From: a virus
Taxonomy: Duplodnaviria; Heunggongvirae; Uroviricota; Caudoviricetes
Direction: 5' to 3' (one strand)
IMG/VR virus record: IMGVR_UViG_3300035208_004239
Location: 259,611-323,610 of that record
Length of the DNA stretch: 64,000 nt
In this document: positions 30,842 to 38,807 of the stretch, piece after piece
How positions within the stretch are numbered: the first letter of the stretch is position 1
Layout of the letters: every line of letters begins with the position of its first letter
Program-made: the position numbers and the translations under genes
Notes under the pieces: generated by a model
The model's database searches: none
The model's input: the letters and a program-made list of their open reading frames with translations, nothing else
Told to the model about the DNA's origin: nothing

Positions 30842-31194
30842 TCATGTTGAATATCAAATGTGTTTCTGATTGCTTCAATAAGTGCATTTTTTGGAACTGC
30901 ACCGACACCCATTGCTGGTGTTCCTGTAAGTGGAATGAATAAAAGTGCAGGAATGCTTCTAATTTGAAACGCTGAACTAATTTCAATTTCACTATCAATA
31001 TCCACTTTATAAAAATCCACATCTGGAAATTCTTGACTAAGTTCTTCCAGTATTGGAGTAACCATTTTACAAGGAGAACACCAATCGGCATAAAAATCAA
31101 TAATTGTTGGTTTAGTTCCTTCAAATTTCCAATCTTTGTTTTTTTCAAAATTAAAAATCTTAACTTTAAATGTTTCTGTTGTTAAGTTTTCCAT
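30838..31194 (-). CDS. trx: thioredoxin
   Basis: FYADWCSPCKMVTPILEELSQEF active-site (WCxPCK); likely start is Met of MENLTTETFKV, upstream Met of the ORF track overlaps the terminator hairpin. Confidence 0.75.
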   Translation of the reverse strand: MENLTTETFKVKIFNFEKNKDWKFEGTKPTIIDFYADWCSPCKMVTPILEELSQEFPDVDFYKVDIDSEIEISSAFQIRSIPALLFIPLTGTPAMGVGAVPKNALIEAIRNTFDIQHE

Positions 31195-31260
31195 ATATTT
31201 AAATAAAATTAATTGAATATTGTGACCAAATGTAATATAATTTATTTTAATAAACAAAAA

Positions 31261-31283
31261 AGGGGATGAAAAAATCATCCCCT
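31261..31283. terminator. rho-independent terminator after SPFH gene
   Basis: 9-bp stem aggggatga/tcatcccct, loop aaaaa; T-runs on both strands. Confidence 0.6.
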
Positions 31284-31303
31284 TTTATATAATTTATACA
31301 TAT

Positions 31304-32339
31304 TTAATTGTTTGGTAAGCTTAAAATTACCCCTTGACCGTTACCCATCATGTAAGTAGGAAGTTTACCATCCCATTTATTGATCCATTCAAGTTGTATA
31401 ATCTTAGGATTTGCTGCAACTGAAGTACCTTTAATTTGTAAAGATTTTGCTTCACCCATTGCTTGTTCAATGGCAATATTTTTATTAATTTCTGCTTGTT
31501 TAAGTTTTTCTTCCTGTTGTCTTGTTACTTCAACAAGTCTTAAAACTTCTTGTTCGGCAAGTTTTTTAGCATCAATTGCTTTTTCAAAATCACTATTATA
31601 ATAAACTTCTCGAACATCTACCTGATCAATAATAAGTTTATATCCTTTAACTTCTACTTTCTTTAACTTCTACTTTCATTCTTTTAATGACTTCATCTTG
31701 AATTTCTTGACGTTTTGTGCTATAAACTTCAATAGGATTATAATTACTTACTGTTAATGCAAGTGCTGATTTTAATTTAGTTCGAATAATATTATCTTCT
31801 AACCAAATATATCTACCAGTATTTCCACCATCATTTTCAGTAACATTTTGATAAATCCACGAAGCTTCATCCGGAATAATTTTCCAAGATACTGATACGT
31901 CTAATCCCATTTTAATACCATCTTTTGTTGGTGACCAAATAGCATCGGCATTAGGTTTTGCTCCTTCTTGCTGTGCATTTGCACAAGTGTAAACCCAAAC
32001 TGTTTTATCCATCATATGAACATCACACCAAGGCATAACAATATGCCAACCAGTATGAAGTTCCATTTCGGATACTCCTTTTGGTGTAACAAGAACACCT
32101 ACGTCTTGAGGACCTACTTTAGTAATCATACTAAATAAAGCACCCATAATAAAACCCACAATCATTGCAGGTAATGCTAAAGGTAATTCTATTTTTACCT
32201 TTTCAGTTATCGTTTTTGCTCGACCCATACCATCTTTTTCACCAGTTGGTACTTCTTTATCAATAAAGAATAATCGTAAAACTAAACCAACTAAACCATA
32301 AAGAAATAAAATCCAAAATAAAAAACTAAAAAACCACAT
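31304..32339 (-). pseudogene. SPFH/band-7 (HflK/C-stomatin-prohibitin) family membrane protein, frameshifted by a 16-bp tandem duplication
   Basis: N-terminal ORF 31647-32339 (TM anchor + SPFH core) ends MKVEVKESRS*; removing one copy of tttaacttctactttc restores frame into ...GYKLIIDQVDVREVYYNSDFEKAIDAKKLAEQEVLRL...GQGVILSLPNN* (typical SPFH C-terminus) ending at 31304. Confidence 0.6.
31646..31677. repeat. perfect 16-bp tandem duplication (tttaacttctactttc x2) inside SPFH gene
   Basis: Read directly: 31646-31661 and 31662-31677 identical. Confidence 0.9.
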
Positions 32340-32500
32340 ATTATTAGGTATTTAATGATGCTTACTCTAAAGGTTTTCAGCTTCCCCGTTTTATATTATT
32401 TATTAAATATTGTATCAAGTTCATCCCATAATTCAATAAGTAAATATTGATCAATTTTATCTTTATACCACATCAATGCTTGTTGAAATATTGGTTTACG

Positions 32501-32944
32501 TTATAAGTATTCTTTTTTGTATTTACAATACATTGAATCATTATGTTCATAACTATATGTCGCATTTGCAAGAATATCACACATTTTAAGAATAATTGCA
32601 CGATAATCAGCAACAGTCTTAACCATAGTTAATAAATGTTTCATAAGACGATTTGATGATGGTACATCAGTGACAGCTAATACAATATCAGCAATATCTT
32701 TATTAGTATTTTCTAATATGTTATTATAGGATTGTCGAGCATCTTCAATACTATCATGAAAAAGTGATGCAATTTTTGTGTTAATAAAATCATCATTATT
32801 ATGTATAAAAACATTTTGATATCTATCTATTATTGCAGATACTGCATCTATGTGATAGATATATTCTTTATTATCGTATTTAGAATTAACCTCGTTATAT
32901 TGTTTACGAGCAATTTCATGTAATTTTTCATAATTTAAAATCAT
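32501..32944 (-). CDS. HD-domain phosphohydrolase (YfbR-like 5'-deoxynucleotidase / dNTPase family)
   Basis: YHIDAV ... LFHDSIED ... D pattern (H..HD..D); 147 aa. Confidence 0.45.
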   Translation of the reverse strand: MILNYEKLHEIARKQYNEVNSKYDNKEYIYHIDAVSAIIDRYQNVFIHNNDDFINTKIASLFHDSIEDARQSYNNILENTNKDIADIVLAVTDVPSSNRLMKHLLTMVKTVADYRAIILKMCDILANATYSYEHNDSMYCKYKKEYL

Positions 32945-33116
32945 ATTCTTTTAGGATAAATTTTTCCAAGTAAAGTTATGTATAATTTTCCAAATACATG
33001 GTTTTTTAACTGCATATTTTTTTGCAAGATTTATCAAATTTAATCCATTATTATATTCAATTCTAATATATCATGTAAAAAATTTATTAATTAATTTACA
33101 AATTTAGAAAATTATA

Positions 33117-33659
33117 TTACATAACCAAAATTTTTGAATAAATTTTAATATTTTCAAATTTACCTGACCATTTTGAATCATCTTTAAATAAACTATTATC
33201 ACCTTTTGTTTGTAAAAAGTCAATACTTTTAATATAACGTTTATTTTTTGCGTCATGAACAACCCACCAACCATTTATTTCAATATGTGGACTTACAATC
33301 CAAATGGTGTCACCATATTGTATTTTACCATTAAAACGATTGGTATCGTATTTATATTTTTTTGATAATTCTGCCCGATACATATCGTTAATTAAATCCT
33401 GACTAATAGCTATCCAACGATAATTACTTGCCAGTTTCGGATTAATTATTGAACCATCACCAGTTATTGTTGGTGTTGAGTCACATTGTCTTTCTTCTGC
33501 ATGATAAATACTACCCCACACATTGTCATATAATAATATATGGTAAGTATCTTTCTTAATCAATTTTTTATTTATACCATTATTAATCATTGAAGTAGAT
33601 AGAAAAAAAATTGACATTAAAATTACAATTTTATAAAATATTATTTTTTTCATTTTCAA
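33117..33659 (-). CDS. secreted 3D-domain protein (MltA/YabE-like peptidoglycan-binding or lytic domain)
   Basis: Signal peptide; NYRWIAISQDL...IQYGDTIWIV...WVVHDAKNKRYIKSIDFL resembles 3D-domain conserved Asp pattern. Confidence 0.45.
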   Translation of the reverse strand: MKMKKIIFYKIVILMSIFFLSTSMINNGINKKLIKKDTYHILLYDNVWGSIYHAEERQCDSTPTITGDGSIINPKLASNYRWIAISQDLINDMYRAELSKKYKYDTNRFNGKIQYGDTIWIVSPHIEINGWWVVHDAKNKRYIKSIDFLQTKGDNSLFKDDSKWSGKFENIKIYSKILVM

Positions 33660-33751
33660 TAGTTTTTATTAATACTTACACAAAAATACGAATGTTTATA
33701 CAAAGTTGTTACAATTTTTTTGACGAAAGAATATAAATTAGATATGGATAA

Positions 33752-34273
33752 TTGAAAATATTAGATATATTTGCCACAATTAATCATAAATTAATGAAAA
33801 TAATAGAAGCAAATTGGATAGCATTTCATTATGTTACCCGAAGTAATACTACTTGTAAAAATGCAATGGAATTAATCAAGAAATGGAAACTTGAAGATCA
33901 ATATATTAAATTTTATTATGTTACTCGTGCTTATCAAACTCGTCATGGTAATGGATATATAACCAATGAAGGTCTTGATATATCATATATTAAAGAAAAT
34001 CCAGATGAAACAAATACCGATCATGGTATGCAAGGTAAGTTCAGAAAAACTGTATTAGATTTAGACTTACTTAAATATGCTATTTCTTGTAATGAATATC
34101 ATGGTCAGAAACGTGATTATGAAATAGTAATGACTTGTCTTGATCAAGTACCAACAAAAATTCCGGTAACTATTAACGGAGAATTGATTAAGCTTGATAC
34201 TAATCAAATTGCAGAACATTTTGGTTTATTTCATCTTATCGAATGTCATTCAGATAAGGGTTTTGAGATATAA
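33752..34273 (+). CDS. adenylosuccinate synthetase (PurA/PurZ)-like protein, C-terminal part only; 5'-truncated and active-site-divergent
   Basis: FHYVTRSNTT ~ PurA YPYVTSSNTT; AYQTRHGNGYITNE ~ AYSTRVGAGPFPTE; TDHGMQGKFRKTVLDLDLL ~ TTGRRRRTGWLDTVAV; VMTCLDQV ~ CLTKLDVL. No P-loop (GDEGKGK) half anywhere upstream. Confidence 0.5.
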   Translation: MKILDIFATINHKLMKIIEANWIAFHYVTRSNTTCKNAMELIKKWKLEDQYIKFYYVTRAYQTRHGNGYITNEGLDISYIKENPDETNTDHGMQGKFRKTVLDLDLLKYAISCNEYHGQKRDYEIVMTCLDQVPTKIPVTINGELIKLDTNQIAEHFGLFHLIECHSDKGFEI

Positions 34274-34286
34274 TAAAAAACCTTTA

Positions 34287-34326
34287 TATTATTAATTTTT
34301 CATATATATTATTAATTTTTCATATA
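34287..34326. repeat. perfect 20-bp tandem duplication (tattattaatttttcatata x2) in intergenic/promoter region
   Basis: Read directly. Confidence 0.9.
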
Positions 34327-34359
34327 TTTGATGTTTGGTTTTAATAATAATTAAATATT

Positions 34360-35112
34360 ATGAAGTTTTTAATTCAAAAAATAAACGGGAAAATTACTCA
34401 TGATTTTTCTTTTACATTATTAAAATCAATTGAATATCAAAATTGGTTGCACCGGGATTCCTTCATTAAGTTTAAATATTTCAATACTATTTGTCCGGAT
34501 GGTGAAAATTTTAAATATTTTGAATTTAATTCTTCTCATAAAAATTATGTGCCTGTTGGTAGTGTAGAATTTGTAATAGTATTTTTAGAAAAATTCTATG
34601 GGCTTACACCAAAACCACTTAATGTTCCCGAAGAACTTTTTGATCCATATTATTCTTCTCGTCCAATTTTTAATGAAAATAATACGAGTTTGAAAATATA
34701 TAATGATTTTAAATGGTTTGTTAAAAGTAATGATAAAATAAAGGGGTTTTCAGAAATTATTAAACTATCAAAACCATATTCAATTCCAGAAGGTAATTAT
34801 CAAATTTCAGAATATATTAATATTTATAGTGAATGGCGTGCGTTTATATATAATGGAAAATTAGTTGGATTACAAAATTATTCTGCCGAATTCACTAAAT
34901 TTCCAGACATTAATAAAATTCATGCTATGATAAAAGCATATAAATCAGCACCAGTAGCATATACTTTGGATGTAGGTATTGATGGTTCAAATAATACATT
35001 TGTAATTGAATGTCATGATTTCTTTTCCTGTGGATTATATGGATTTGCAGATCATAGAATATATCCACAAATGTTATATAAATGGTTTAAGAATTATATA
35101 AATAAAAAATAA
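34360..35112 (+). CDS. ATP-grasp-fold-like protein
   Basis: C-terminal YSEWRAFIYNGKLVGLQNY ... AYTLDVGIDGSNNTFVIECHDF resembles ATP-grasp core (E-x-N end motif). Confidence 0.35.
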   Translation: MKFLIQKINGKITHDFSFTLLKSIEYQNWLHRDSFIKFKYFNTICPDGENFKYFEFNSSHKNYVPVGSVEFVIVFLEKFYGLTPKPLNVPEELFDPYYSSRPIFNENNTSLKIYNDFKWFVKSNDKIKGFSEIIKLSKPYSIPEGNYQISEYINIYSEWRAFIYNGKLVGLQNYSAEFTKFPDINKIHAMIKAYKSAPVAYTLDVGIDGSNNTFVIECHDFFSCGLYGFADHRIYPQMLYKWFKNYINKK

Positions 35113-36257
35113 TGGAATTTCCAAAACTTTATAAAAAAACCAGTACTGGTGCAATTCAGGAATGGAATGTTAGTGTTGTTATAATTGATGATATAATTAA
35201 CATTGTCAATAAATACGGACAATTAAACGGGAAAATTCAAGAAAGTTGTGAAAAAATTCATGAAGGTAAAAATACTGGTAAAGCCAATGCCACAACTGCT
35301 ATTGAACAAGCCGAATCGCAAGCTAAAAGTCGTTGGGAAAAACAACTCAAAAAAGGTTATGTGGAAACTATTGATGATGCCAAAGCAGGTAAAATTAATG
35401 ATATTATCGAAGGTGGTATCTTTCCGATGCTTGCACATAAGTTTTCGGAGCAGGAAAAGAAAATTAAGTTTCCCGCATTAGCACAACCTAAATTGGATGG
35501 TCACCGCAGTACAAGTCAATATGAAAATACTGTGGTTACGATGTGGAGTAGAACACGTAAACCAATTTTAACTGTACCACACATTGTTAATACTCTTGAA
35601 AATTGTGGTCTTGCCGATAGGTTCGATGGTGAACTTTATAATCATGATTACCGTGAAAATTTTGAAGAATTAACTTCGTTAATAACACCGGATGAACCCC
35701 AAGAAGGTTACGAAAAAATTCAATATCATGTTTATGATTTGGCACTTCCTAACCTTAGTAATTATGATAGATATTTAATCCTTGAAGGATGGCGATCTCA
35801 ATTCGAAAACACTCCGGTTCATATTGTTGAAACTCGTATTGTTAATAATAGAGAAGAATTGATGCAAGCATATGAAGATTTCATGGAACAGGGTTATGAG
35901 GGTGCGATTGTTAGAAATTTTGATGGAAAATATGTTTACAAACGTTCGTATGATTTACAAAAGGTGAAATTCTTCGATGATGATGAATTTCGCATTGTAG
36001 ATATAAAAGTTGGTACAAAAGGTAGTATGGCTGGTAAAGCAGTCTTTATTTGTGAAAGAATTAGAGAAGATCAAAAACTTCCAGAAGGTATAACTTTTGA
36101 TTGTAAACTCAAAGGCGATATGAGTAAACTCAAAGAATATGCAGATGACCCATCACTTGTAATTGGAAAAATAGTTACTGTTCAATATCAAGGATATACG
36201 AGAAAAAATATGAAACCAAGATTTCCGGTTGCATTACGATTTAGAGTAGATTTATAA
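35112..36257 (+). CDS. ATP-dependent DNA ligase
   Basis: Motif I KLDGHR, motif III DRFDGELY, motif IV EGAIVRN, motif V QKVKFF. Confidence 0.8.
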   Translation: MEFPKLYKKTSTGAIQEWNVSVVIIDDIINIVNKYGQLNGKIQESCEKIHEGKNTGKANATTAIEQAESQAKSRWEKQLKKGYVETIDDAKAGKINDIIEGGIFPMLAHKFSEQEKKIKFPALAQPKLDGHRSTSQYENTVVTMWSRTRKPILTVPHIVNTLENCGLADRFDGELYNHDYRENFEELTSLITPDEPQEGYEKIQYHVYDLALPNLSNYDRYLILEGWRSQFENTPVHIVETRIVNNREELMQAYEDFMEQGYEGAIVRNFDGKYVYKRSYDLQKVKFFDDDEFRIVDIKVGTKGSMAGKAVFICERIREDQKLPEGITFDCKLKGDMSKLKEYADDPSLVIGKIVTVQYQGYTRKNMKPRFPVALRFRVDL

Positions 36258-36268
36258 ATTTTAATATT

Positions 36269-36802
36269 ATGTCAGAAACTAAACAACTTACAGCTTATTT
36301 GGCAGGTCCGGATGTTTTCCGTAAAGATGCATTAGAATTTTTTGCCGAAAGAAAAAAACTTTGTTTACAACATGGTATTCAAGGATTATCACCATTTGAT
36401 AATGAAGATAATTTTGGTGATGAATTGTTTTCTAAAGCACATAGCACACATGTATTTATGGGTAATCATAACATTATAGGATTGTGTGATATTATTATTG
36501 CCAATTTGATTCCGTTTCGGGGAGCATGTGTAGACGATGGAACAGCATGGGAACTTGGGTGTGGATATGCTAAAAATAAATTATTGTATGGTTATACACC
36601 ATTTATTAAATATAATTTACCGAGCATTACCGAAATTTCAACATTATGGTTGAATATTAGAAATACTGAATATCCAAAAATTGAATCTTTTGGTAATAAT
36701 ACAGTAAATTTAATGCTTCAAGAAAGTATTGAATTAAGTGGTGGTAAAATATTTTCAACATTTGAAGAATGTTTAATTAATATTAAAAATAGATTCAAAT
36801 AA
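36269..36802 (+). CDS. nucleoside 2-deoxyribosyltransferase family protein (NDT/Rcl-like)
   Basis: TAYLAGPDVF ~ NDT IYFGAGWF; CVDDGTAWELGCGYAKNK ~ DVGLGMELGYALSQGK. Confidence 0.55.
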   Translation: MSETKQLTAYLAGPDVFRKDALEFFAERKKLCLQHGIQGLSPFDNEDNFGDELFSKAHSTHVFMGNHNIIGLCDIIIANLIPFRGACVDDGTAWELGCGYAKNKLLYGYTPFIKYNLPSITEISTLWLNIRNTEYPKIESFGNNTVNLMLQESIELSGGKIFSTFEECLINIKNRFK

Positions 36803-36810
36803 TTAACATT

Positions 36811-37041
36811 ATGATAAAATTTTTAAAAGAAAATGGTTTTCCGATGACATTAATCCTTGATACTGTTGAATATAATGATAAAGAAAATGAATTCAATGGT
36901 TTTTTAACGATTATCAATGATGATCAGGAAAATGAAATTATTAAATTTACTCATACTGATCTACGTGCCAGAATTCATTGGGTTGAAGGATTTTTTACTG
37001 CATATAAAATGTTTAAAAAAGAACCAATTAATTTACAATGA
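36811..37041 (+). CDS. hypothetical protein
   Basis: 76-aa ORF. Confidence 0.35.
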   Translation: MIKFLKENGFPMTLILDTVEYNDKENEFNGFLTIINDDQENEIIKFTHTDLRARIHWVEGFFTAYKMFKKEPINLQ

Positions 37042-37436
37042 AATTTAAAGCACTTAGAAAAAAAGATACTAAAGAATTCATTTATTTTCTCGTAAATGAA
37101 AATTTAAAAATAAGTCTTGGTACTTATATAAGTAAACTTCCTAATCCAATGGCTATTACTGCAACAATGGAAAATGTGAAAGAATATTATTCACAATTCA
37201 CATCAAATTTTGATTTTAATAATATTGAATTAATTGAATTTGATATGTTTGAATCAGATGTTGTTGGTGCAGATATAAGAAATAAACTTACACCACTTAA
37301 AAATCTTCCAGCAATGTTAAAAATATTGAAAAAACGAAAAATAACTAAAGAACAAAGAAAAAAAATAAAAGAATTAATTGAAGTAGAAATAATAAGATGT
37401 GAAAAAAATGTTGATTATATCGCAAATTTATTATAA
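37038..37436 (+). CDS. hypothetical protein
   Basis: 132-aa ORF, ATGA overlap. Confidence 0.4.
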   Translation: MKFKALRKKDTKEFIYFLVNENLKISLGTYISKLPNPMAITATMENVKEYYSQFTSNFDFNNIELIEFDMFESDVVGADIRNKLTPLKNLPAMLKILKKRKITKEQRKKIKELIEVEIIRCEKNVDYIANLL

Positions 37437-37483
37437 TTTTATGAAAAATATTTAAAATAATGGCAGGGCATTGAACCCTGATG

Positions 37484-37618
37484 TGTTGTGTGGTGGAAGG
37501 GTAGACACTCCGGGCGCAGAGATACTAAAAAAGCAATAAAATAAAAACTATTTTAGTCAGCCGGAATAGCGAAGAGTCTCTATAATGCTAAGTGCAGGTT
37601 CGAGTCCTGTCACAACCT
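37484..37618 (+). tRNA. tRNA-like unit 1 (non-canonical, about 135 nt)
   Basis: T-arm gcagg-ttcgagt-cctgt; 3' acceptor cacaacc pairs 6/7 with tgttgtg at 37484-90; D-arm-like gtg-gaagggtaga-cac; stem tccgg/ccgga encloses a 47-nt loop; 28-nt hairpin before T-arm. Confidence 0.3.
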
Positions 37619-37840
37619 CAAAATAGTTCTTTGAAAATGTTAGTCTTTTTACTGAAAATAAATAATGATTACACCCTAAAAAAACCAGAGTCACAGGGAA
37701 AGGTGAGGCGTGGCTCAATCATAGTTAAACCAAATTAACACCATTTATTGTAAGATATTTGTCGATAGACAAGGAGTATGTGGGTTTGGGCACATATAAA
37801 TATTCTGTATTTTGGAACAGATGAAAAGACTAATTTTTAT

Positions 37841-38000
37841 GATCGGATAACTTAATTGGTAAAGTCATATTTTGAGTTGAGTCGTCCAAAACACATACAC
37901 GCAAATCCTTGTCAGCGAAAGCGAATATAAGTCAGTATGTGATATGCTAAAAGGATAAAACATTAACCTTTTAATGTAAGTTCGAGTCTTGCTCCGATCA
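37841..38000 (+). tRNA. tRNA-like unit 2 (about 160 nt; cloverleaf ends with expanded anticodon-side loop; tentative Leu(GAG)-like reading)
   Basis: Acceptor gatcgga/tccgatc perfect 7 bp; D-arm actt-aattggtaa-aagt with GG; stem atatt/gatat encloses 69 nt beginning ttgagtt (U33, GAG); long variable hairpin aaaagg/cctttt; T-arm gtaag-ttcgagt-cttgc. Confidence 0.45.
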
Positions 38001-38158
38001 CGAATCCTAACACGGTGGCTACGTGTTGAAATGTCGGATAACGTGCCTGATAGTTATAAAACTGAAAGGTTTGAATGCCAAAAAGAAGGAACGACAGGAA
38101 GGAAAGTTTTCGCTAAACCTAAGTTTGCCAGTTTTATGAAGACAAAACTGGTTAATTT

Positions 38159-38311
38159 GAATGATTGGCAGAATGTAAAATGCTACAGTTGAAAGTTTGG
38201 CAATAGGCGTTGAGTACAAGTCCATACAGAAGGGCAGGAAAGAAAATGCGATTATGTCCAATACTGGAACGGTAATGTAAAACCGTGTGGGTTTAAATCC
38301 CATATCATTCA
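38159..38311 (+). tRNA. tRNA-like unit 3 (about 153 nt, same architecture)
   Basis: Acceptor gaatgat/atcattc perfect 7 bp; D-stem ggca/tgct; 4-bp stem cagt/actg enclosing 73 nt; variable hairpin acgg/ccgt; T-arm gtggg-tttaaat-cccat. Confidence 0.4.
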
Positions 38312-38470
38312 TTTTATAATAATTTCTAAAAGATCAAGATATTCATCGGACAATTATTGATAAATTTTTTCTGAAAAATTTTTTTCAATATTCAAAAGGA
38401 TAGTCAGCCATATAGAGATATATTAACATATTTTCTTATATTAAAACAGTATTTATATTAAAAAGATTTT

Positions 38471-38737
38471 ATGATTACTTTACATAATTTGGAGCTACAA
38501 AAAATTATTGAACATATGGCTATTCATATTCATGAACAAGCAGTACAAATTCGTAAAGATTATGAAATTCTTCCCGGAATGATAAAATTGTATGCAGATT
38601 TTGCAATTTATTGTACTGATGATAATAAATATTTTTCGTTTCATTATGTGGTTTATGTTGATAATAAAGGTGAAAGATTCCATATTGTGACTTGGACACC
38701 TGCAACACAGGATGAGTTTTTAGATTCAATTAATTAA
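38471..38737 (+). CDS. hypothetical protein
   Basis: 88-aa ORF. Confidence 0.35.
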   Translation: MITLHNLELQKIIEHMAIHIHEQAVQIRKDYEILPGMIKLYADFAIYCTDDNKYFSFHYVVYVDNKGERFHIVTWTPATQDEFLDSIN

Positions 38738-38807
38738 AAAATAATAAAATTTAATTATATTTTCATTTATTTTTTGTATCATTGTGTAATAAAAAATAAT
38801 TACATAT

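Larger units (their letters stand above)
37441..38330 (+). ncRNA. non-coding, GC-richer region containing a cluster of tRNA-like elements and additional hairpins
   Basis: No credible ORF (track ORFs here are spurious); GGTTCGAGTCC-type T-loops at 37594-37610 and 37976-37992, T-arm 38287-38303; hairpin caggg-cattgaa-ccctg 37464-37480. Confidence 0.5.

Noticed and set aside
31380-31601. ORF on + strand (73 aa)
   Set aside because: Antisense to the conserved C-terminal region of the SPFH gene; low-complexity S/C/L translation.
37464-37480. Minus-strand tRNA using hairpin caggg-cattgaa-ccctg as a T-arm (its reverse complement gives loop TTCAATG followed by cca)
   Set aside because: No complementary 5' acceptor strand, even allowing G-U pairs, exists at the expected distance. 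It is treated as a stand-alone hairpin within the ncRNA region.
37841-38311. Group I introns inside the tRNA-like genes
   Set aside because: Inserts are only about 40-66 nt beyond a normal anticodon loop, and no P/Q/R/S-like conserved elements are recognisable. Group I introns are over 200 nt.
37989-38312. ORFs 37989-38192 (+) and 38019-38312 (-)
   Set aside because: They overlap the tRNA-like/ncRNA cluster, including T-arms and acceptor stems. There is no coding signature, so they are most likely spurious.
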